Shown here: one piece after another, positions 56,440 to 64,000 of the stretch
How positions within the stretch are numbered: position 1 is the first letter of the stretch
How the letters are laid out: every line of letters starts with the position of its first letter
DNA from: the human T2T-CHM13v2.0 reference genome, Homo sapiens
Assembly (NCBI RefSeq): GCF_009914755.1
Contig: NC_060926.1
DNA: 64,000 nucleotides
Strand: one strand, 5' to 3'
Program-made: the position numbers and the translations under genes
Notes under the pieces: generated by a model
Seen by the model: the letters and a program-made list of their open reading frames with translations, nothing else
Told to the model about the DNA's origin: nothing
Databases searched by the model: none

Positions 56440-56878
56440 CTTGGATGGTTAGTGTTTGTGGCAGGAGCCATCATGCTCTGCCTCTCCTGCCGCCACCTCC
56501 TGACCACTTTACTGGATCCTGCACCTGCGTGTTTGTGCCTGAGGGGCTTTTTCTTGCTGCTGCGCTGGTGGCAGTTCAGGGTGCCAGGAAATTAACACTG
56601 ATAATCAGTAACCCTACTTAACAAATGTCTATGGCAGAACTGGTGTGTAAATACCCCAGCTCCCTCACCCCTCAGCTGGGTCTACTCTGGTTCTCAGAAG
56701 TTCTGTGTGGAGCTCAGCTGCCCTTGCCCAGAGTGGTAGGGGGTGTGCCATTGTCCCTGATTCACCACCTTCGGTGTCTCTTCCTGATGTCCTCAGCTGC
56801 CCTGTCATCTCCAAAATAAACCACTTGCACTCACATCCTTGTCTCAGGTTCTGCCCCTAAGAGACCCAAACCCAATGG
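56440..56878 (+). mobile_element. LTR16-like ERVL solo LTR
   Basis: 'gtgtaaataccccagctccctcacccctc...aaataaaccacttgcactcacatccttgtctcagg...acccaaacc'. 5' boundary uncertain. Confidence 0.7.
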
Positions 56879-58519
56879 GGTTGTTGCCACTTTTCTGATA
56901 GATGCTGTGGATTTGAAGTCAGGAAGGATAGACCACCGCTAACCCGAGGAGTGACCGCCAGTGTGAAATGTGGGCCATGACCCCTGCCTGGCAGAGCTCC
57001 TGCCCCCAGCGTGCATAGTTATGAGTTATTTGACTAAGGCATCTTGCCACAGCCTTCTCAAATATCTCAGCAGCTCAGCCTGTCCTCTGTAGTTTGGGAG
57101 GAAGGCTGAATGGCCAGGAATAGCTGGGGCTTCTATTTCTTGTTTCCTATTTTAGTTTTTGTCCTTGTTGTTGGATGACGTGGAGGGAGAAGGGTGGGCT
57201 CAAGGTGAATAACCAAGCCCAGCCCCTGAAGGGAGAGTTCTTTTCAAACCCTGGTGGCCCCTGCCCGCCCCCCAGCCTCCCCTCCCCCACCTGGGGTATG
57301 TGTGTGGCTCTGGCACAATTAAGATTCTTGCTGGGTGCCCCCAGCCCCCGCTGGCCCCGCTGCTGAGCAGCCTGTCTTGAAGGATCTTCTGAGAACGGAC
57401 TCCTTTTCTGGGAGCGTTTATAAGAGATTTCTCATGGCTCAGTTCCCCTATAGAAAACCAGGAATTGTAAGTCTTACATAGCTCAAGAAAGAAAGTGAAG
57501 GGAGTGAGTCAGAGCCGGCCAAGAATGAGTGAACAGGGTTGGTGGCAGTGTCTCGGGAGGAATTACCAAAAAAGAAATGAAAGGAAAAAAGAAGAAAGAA
57601 AAAAAAAAAGGAAAAAGAAAAGCAAAACCAAGTTCCCCCCAACCCCCCACAAAACAGAAAAAAAAGATAAACTTTTAGCAAACTAATGTGGACAGGGGGC
57701 CTCTGAACTCCCTGGCAAAGCAGTTGGGCGAGGAAGCGGATGGTTTTCTGGGTCTTCAAGTGCATTCTGCCTCCTTAGTCCAGGCCTTTGTGGACCTGGT
57801 CTGGGGGAATATTTAGCAAAGTTGTTTATTTTGCATAAACCCGAGTAATGACCCAGCCCTAGGGGAGGGAATTGTGTGGGGCTGACAGCAGCGTGATTTA
57901 AGGGGGAGCCACCTGACCCCTGCCCCTCCCAAACGTCCCCTGCAGAATAAACTCGCTTTCTTCCCAGCCCGCTGCATGTTAATCAATGCCGAAGGCTGAG
58001 GCCCGAGAGGCCTATTGTGGGGACAGTCGGGTCCTCCTGGGGCTTTGTGGCAGCTCCAGCTGAGTTCCTTTCTCTCTGCTGCTCACTCTGACTTTCCGGA
58101 AAGGCCCCAATCTCACCCTGGAGCTCAGCTTGCTTTCCTGGTTCTTCCCAAGCAATTGTCCGTCTCTCAGATCTGTGCACTTTTTGAAAGCAAAACTCAT
58201 TAGTATATTTTTTAAATGTGTTTTTGTGACAGATGTCCCTTAGAAAGGACACCCCTTAGAAAGGATAGCTGCCTGGGGCCCGCGTAGCTGATAGCTGCCT
58301 GGGACCGGCGTGGCTCCGCTGACTCAGGCTGGGTTTCAGCTACGCCTCTGGGGGACTTTAGCCTTGAGTATACGCAGCCTGGGAGTCTCCAGTGCTCAGA
58401 GTGCCTGCTCTGTTCCCTCCTGAGCATTCTGTTCCCTTCTCACTCTCTTTCTAGAGCGCCAGTGTGGGATCAGTTCTTACTGCCAGGGGTGGGGGCTAAT
58501 CTGTGTCTTGTGTCCTTGA

Positions 58520-58937
<418 letters not shown>

Positions 58938-59360
58938 CAGTATGGTTTTCTTTCTAGTGCCTCAATGGGTGCCTCCTTGAGGACCTGGCTGATGGGGAGG
59001 GGAGGGGAGGGGCTCCCCGGTGGAGGCTTGGGCCACCAGGCTGTGGACACTGCATGGACCTCAGCCATCCCTGCAGGCTGGCCTGGCTTCCCTCTGTGTC
59101 AGCCTTTCCAGCGTTTGCAGCCAGCAATTCTCTCCTTGGAAACTGGGAGGGAAAAGAAAACAACAACAATGAAAAAACAACAACAAAACTAAACGTGTGA
59201 ACTTGGCTGTAAGTATGGAGCAGAAAAGTTTTGCTTGGATGTGGCACTGGGGAACTGATGGAAGGAACAGTCCTTTGTTAGAAGGGGAGGAAGGGGAAGT
59301 GAAGTAGTCTCTCCTTAGAATTGGGGTGAATTGTTATGAATAAAAAATACATACTTCTCA

Positions 59361-59680
<320 letters not shown>

Positions 59681-60571
59681 AAAACATGCTTCTCAGTAAG
59701 TTTCCCTGGGAGGATGGGCCCGGAACCCAGAGACACTTCGTCTGGTCACTGGTCTCCCCTCGTCTTGTAATCCCTTCCTTGCCTCTTTTTAAAAGGAAAG
59801 GTTTGAGCCCACTGTGGTTGCTATGGTTTTCTAACCAACACCTTGATATTTGCAAAGGGCTCTGAAGTCATTAGAGCTATTTCTTGCTCATCACCTCCTG
59901 GTGAGACAGATGTGACTCTCCCCTCCCATTTTATGGGTGAGGAAACTGAGATTGGAGAAGGCAGACAAGGGCCAGGGTGTCCTGGAGCTGTGTGAAGGTT
60001 CTAGGGTTGTGATTCATCAAGCCAACAGTTAGAACTGTCATAGTTTTCCTGTCCCTCTCTGTCCCTGAGTGATCTTGGGCAGGTTGGTTCTCACCTGCCT
60101 TGATGGTCTGTGGATCTCATAGCATTAAGTGTGGCTCAGATTTCTCCCTCCCTTCTTTCCCCCACCCTCTCTCCGCCCCACCCTGAGGTCAGCCTGAAGG
60201 CAGCCCCCTAGCCCCACCCCAGGCCTAGTGGGAGACTCAGACACACCAGGGGTGTGGGTAGGCGAGGGCCATGACCCCAGAAGGCTGTTTGGGGTCCAGA
60301 GGGAGCCCAGAGGGGCCCTGTCTTCCCTGCCTGAGGCAGGGTGGGATCCGGCATGTCTCAGAGATATGAGTATTAGCCAGGCCCACCAAGCTGGGGTGGG
60401 GGGGTATTGACAGTAATAAGGAGGTGGTTTCTGTTCTGAAGGGTGAAACTCTGAAGGCCCTAGTGCTGGTGTGGTGGTAACAGCAGTAAAAATTTTAGCA
60501 CCACCAACAACTGGCATTTTGTTTTGAAGGTGGAAGTGTCAACAGGTCTCTACCATGGCTTCCTTTGAAAA

Positions 60572-60635
60572 ACACACATACACACACACACACACACACA
60601 CATACACCCACCCCCCCCACACACTCACACACACC

Positions 60636-60677
<42 letters not shown>
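60572..60677. repeat. Compound (CA)n microsatellite
   Basis: Two CA runs separated by a C-rich interruption. Confidence 0.95.
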
Positions 60678-60678
<1 letters not shown>

Positions 60679-61364
60679 CCTTCTTCGGAGGCCTTGGCCC
60701 TTTTTCTCAAGGAATCCCCAGCTTGGGCGTTAATCCCTCAAGAGTCACCAAGAGTTAACTCTTGAGAAGCTCGTTTATTCATTTTTACCCTATGTAGTTC
60801 TACAGGCAGCCTCCAAAAATGCATAGTGTGTAACAGGGCTGAACAAAAAGTGGCGGAGATCAGGGGAAAGAAAAAAAGGGGATCATGAAATAGAAATTAA
60901 CAAGTTGAAGTTGAGGCCAGTGCTTGCCTAGGGGCAGGGGAGGAACGTGTCCACCTCTGTCCCAGGTGGCCTGTGTGAGGGAGAGGGGCTGGGGGAAGAG
61001 ATTCCTGCACTGTTCCCCATGGGGCTGCCTGCGGGCACATGCCTCTCCCCAGCACCACCCCCACTGACACGCTCCAGCCGCCACGCCCTCTCCATCACAA
61101 ATGTGGCCACAGCTCCTGGTCTTGTCCGGGTCAGCCTCAGAAGTAGCAAACTCCCCGTGTTGACTTCCTGTTAGGGGAACGAGGATTCCATCCTTTGAGT
61201 CCTAAACCTCTGAAACAGCATGGGCCCCTGCTCCCTGGCTCTGCCCAGAGTTGTCAGAGATTCAGAGAATCGTCTCTCAGTTTTGCTCAAGAGCCTGAAC
61301 ACTACCGCTTTCCTACTAAAGGCTAAAAATAAATTTTGAAGCAATAAAGGTGATCACAGTAGAG

Positions 61365-61437
61365 ACAGTTCTCCACTTACAATGGCTCGACTTTACTGTG
61401 GGTTTACTGGGGCATGGTAAGTTGAGGAGTAAATGTG
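61365..61437. mobile_element. Internally deleted Tigger4/MER46-like remnant
   Basis: 'cttacaatggctcgac...gggtttactgggg...gtaagttgaggagtaaatgt' resembles the TIR end 'gtaagtcgaggagcatctgta'. Confidence 0.5.
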
Positions 61438-61593
61438 TTACTTTGTAAGGAGGGCAAAGATTGTAGGCACAGGGTTTTTGGAGGCCAGGGGATTGATTCT
61501 GTTGGGTTTCTAGTCTCCTCTGGATGACATCACCAACCTGAAATCCCTTACCTGTGTCATAACAAAGGACACTTTGTGTAATTTTCTTAGATA
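61425..61593 (+). repeat. Local dispersed duplication, probable source copy (partner 62544-62698)
   Basis: Shared blocks tgtgttactttgtaa, gagggcaaagattgt, gattctgttgg, tttctagtctcctctggatgacatcaccaa, tcataacaaag. Confidence 0.95.
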
Positions 61594-62114
61594 CTCACAT
61601 CTTTACCACTCTATTCTGGAAAAAAATACCCATTTAGGCCTTGCCGTTAACATGTCTGATCTCAGGCCTGAAGATCTCTTAGAGACTCAGTTTCCCTTTC
61701 TGTACAATGAGTGGGTTTGACTGATACTCATGCTGAGCTGGTATCTTTTATCCTGTATTTATATAACATGGTCACCTCTTTAGGGTGCTAACATTTTATG
61801 AGACCTCTTTAAGGTGCTAAAGTCTCATGATATCATCCAGTAACTCTACCCCATGAAGGGACATTTTATTACTCATTAGGCATCAATGTCAGGTTCAGCA
61901 AGTCTTATCTTGATGCTGACCCTTGGGAACTGCACCTTTCTGCTTTCCACCGTTCAGAGGAGTTGATACACTGTGATTTTCAGTGAAGGGGGACCACAGG
62001 TCCCCTTCACCTGTGGTCTTTTCTTGTTGCTGTTTTGTGGAGTGGTTTCCATCCACCCCCTACTCCCTCGAAATTAGGGTTAAAACGCAATGGCATAAGG
62101 CACTGATATAGATT

Positions 62115-62117
<3 letters not shown>

Positions 62118-62156
<39 letters not shown>
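62118..62156. repeat. (CA)n microsatellite
   Basis: About 19 CA units. Confidence 0.97.
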
Positions 62157-62162
<6 letters not shown>

Positions 62163-62543
62163 TTGTCATAAAGAAAATCATTCCAGTCCTGTGAGTTTGG
62201 GATTATATTTTCCCCAGACATTTACTGTGTTTATAGAGAAAAATAAATATCTCTGTAAACATGTGTTGTATTTACAGTGAAAATAAATATCTAAATAAAT
62301 ATTAAGCTTTTAAAATTGGAGCACTCGCAGAAGGAAATGCAAATGGATGTGAGCGAGGGCTGCCTCACTTGGGGCGTGCATGCCTGGATTCGCACTGAAT
62401 TGGGGTGCGTTTGTCTTTCTTTCCAGCTCGGAGTGCAGAGCCATGCTTCAGGGAGGGGAAATGAACATTTATGGAGCACCCACTATGGGCTCGACACTTT
62501 ACAAAGAGAGCTTCATTTTATCACCACCCGGCTCTGGGTGGCA

Positions 62544-62698
62544 AGGAGTATCTGTGTTACTTTGTAAAGAGGGCAAAGATTGTGGGCACAGCGTTTTCGG
62601 AGGATTCTGTTGGTTTCTAGTCTCCTCTGGATGACATCACCAATCTGAAGTCCCTTGCTTGTATCATAACAAAGTGTCCTTTGTTATTTTCTCAGATA
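62544..62698 (+). repeat. Local dispersed duplication, probable derived copy inside a MIR
   Basis: Colinear with 61425-61593; MIR sequence lies on both sides ('aacatttatggagcacccactatg...' and 'agatgaggaaactgcagctcagagaggtgaagcgacttgtccaa'). Confidence 0.92.
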
Positions 62699-63336
62699 GA
62701 GAAAATAGATGAGGAAACTGCAGCTCAGAGAGGTGAAGCGACTTGTCCAAAATGACAGTTACCAGTTGGGGTAGCTGGATGTTGTTCTCACCCAGAATGA
62801 AAGAGCAAGTTATGGAACAAATCTGTACATGGCTGCTGGTGCTAAGACTTTTCTAAATCCAGGACCAGGGTTAGAAAAGCCAGGAGCTATGGCAGTTGTC
62901 AGCACGTGGCACCTCCAGACACAGAAACGAAAGGGTCTGCGGTGGAGTCCTTTTTCCTCTACTCCCTCCGGGAGGGCCTGGCTGCTCACGCATTTACGCC
63001 TCTCTCCAAACACTGGGTCCTTCACTGGAAACTCCTCTGAAGGACAGCAAGCCTCCTGCACCCCGCCAGGAGAGCTCTTTCCTGGAGATCAATCTGCAGA
63101 GAGCAGGCTCATTGTGAGCCATTGTGAGCCAGAGCAGGCTGCAGCTGGGCCTCATCTGTGCATTTGTGTTTTACAAGCAGGCGTCTTGGTGGGAGATGGG
63201 TTTTGCAGATCAGTGTAATATAGAAGCAAACACTTGAGGATGGGAGGGAGAGCACGTTTCTCACTTTAGGGGTTTGCTTCCAGGACTTCCTTTTTTGGAA
63301 GTATGTTCTTTTTCTCTCTCATACACACTTGTGTGT

Positions 63337-63387
63337 ACACACACATACACACACACACACACACACACATACACACATGCACACACA
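63337..63387. repeat. Interrupted (CA)n microsatellite
   Basis: CA run with TA/TG interruptions. Confidence 0.93.
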
Positions 63388-64000
63388 TTCCACCCCACAG
63401 CCTGTTCCTCAGGCTGCAGCTTCCCCAAGGAAGGCGAGTGCCCCGAGCCTGCTCCTAGCTGAGCCTGCGCAAGGCCATCAGCCAGTCTTGTCTGGGTCGA
63501 AAAGGTCTCGTTGGCTGTGTGATGCAACTTGCAGTGAACTGAGGGTGACTGTGGGCGTCACAGCAGCGTCTCAGAAGGCCCTGTTCAGCCCTGTCTGGGA
63601 CCTGTATATAACGGAACTCAGTCTCACCTCTGCAGAATAGGAATGGCGGTGCCCATCTTCCTCTTTCTTGTGGCTACTCTGAGGGTTAAGTGAAGTCATC
63701 GATGAAAATACGCTTTAGAAATGAGGTTTGTACAGCGAGTGTAAAGGCAGGCTGTTTTTCTAACTGGTGTCCAAGCCAGGTGTGGACCTGCAGTAAAATG
63801 CAAATGACCCTGTTATGTGGACAGGGGCCATTGTGACAGTGAGCTTTGTTAGGATTGCTGCATCACCCACAAGCCTGTTACTGCTGAGCCCCAACTCCAG
63901 CTTCTGATTCCAAGGGCCTGGGAAGGTGCGGAGGATTTGCGTCTCTAGCAGGCTCCCAGGACATGCAGAGGCTGCCGGCCGGGGGCCACACTGGGAACTG

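Overview
This is primate (human-like) non-coding genomic DNA, most likely a large intron or regulatory region of a GC-rich locus. I could not identify the host gene and found no credible protein-coding exon. The ORF track is explained by Alu frames, simple repeats and GC-rich chance ORFs. The window holds 13 Alu elements (most with readable target-site duplications, TSDs), old L1M/L2/MIR fragments, MER/Tigger/Charlie DNA transposons, MaLR and LTR16 LTRs, microsatellites, and two long G/C-skewed tandem tracts. It also has two CpG-rich promoter/enhancer candidates (~11.5-12.4 kb and ~31.0-32.1 kb); the second has a TATA box and a strong splice donor. I found no new gene system. The most unusual signals are DNA-repair and retrotransposition footprints: (1) a ~160-bp local copy pasted into a MIR 1.1 kb downstream, whose palindromic SOX-dimer-like site has a flipped spacer; (2) a second ~140-bp local dispersed duplication; (3) a 35-nt U2 snRNA retrocopy with a 15-bp TSD; (4) an orphan ~60-bp L1 ORF2 fragment; (5) a cluster of quasi-palindromes at 60.7-62.7 kb. 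Repeat family names come from my recall of consensus sequences, and boundaries of old repeats are approximate.
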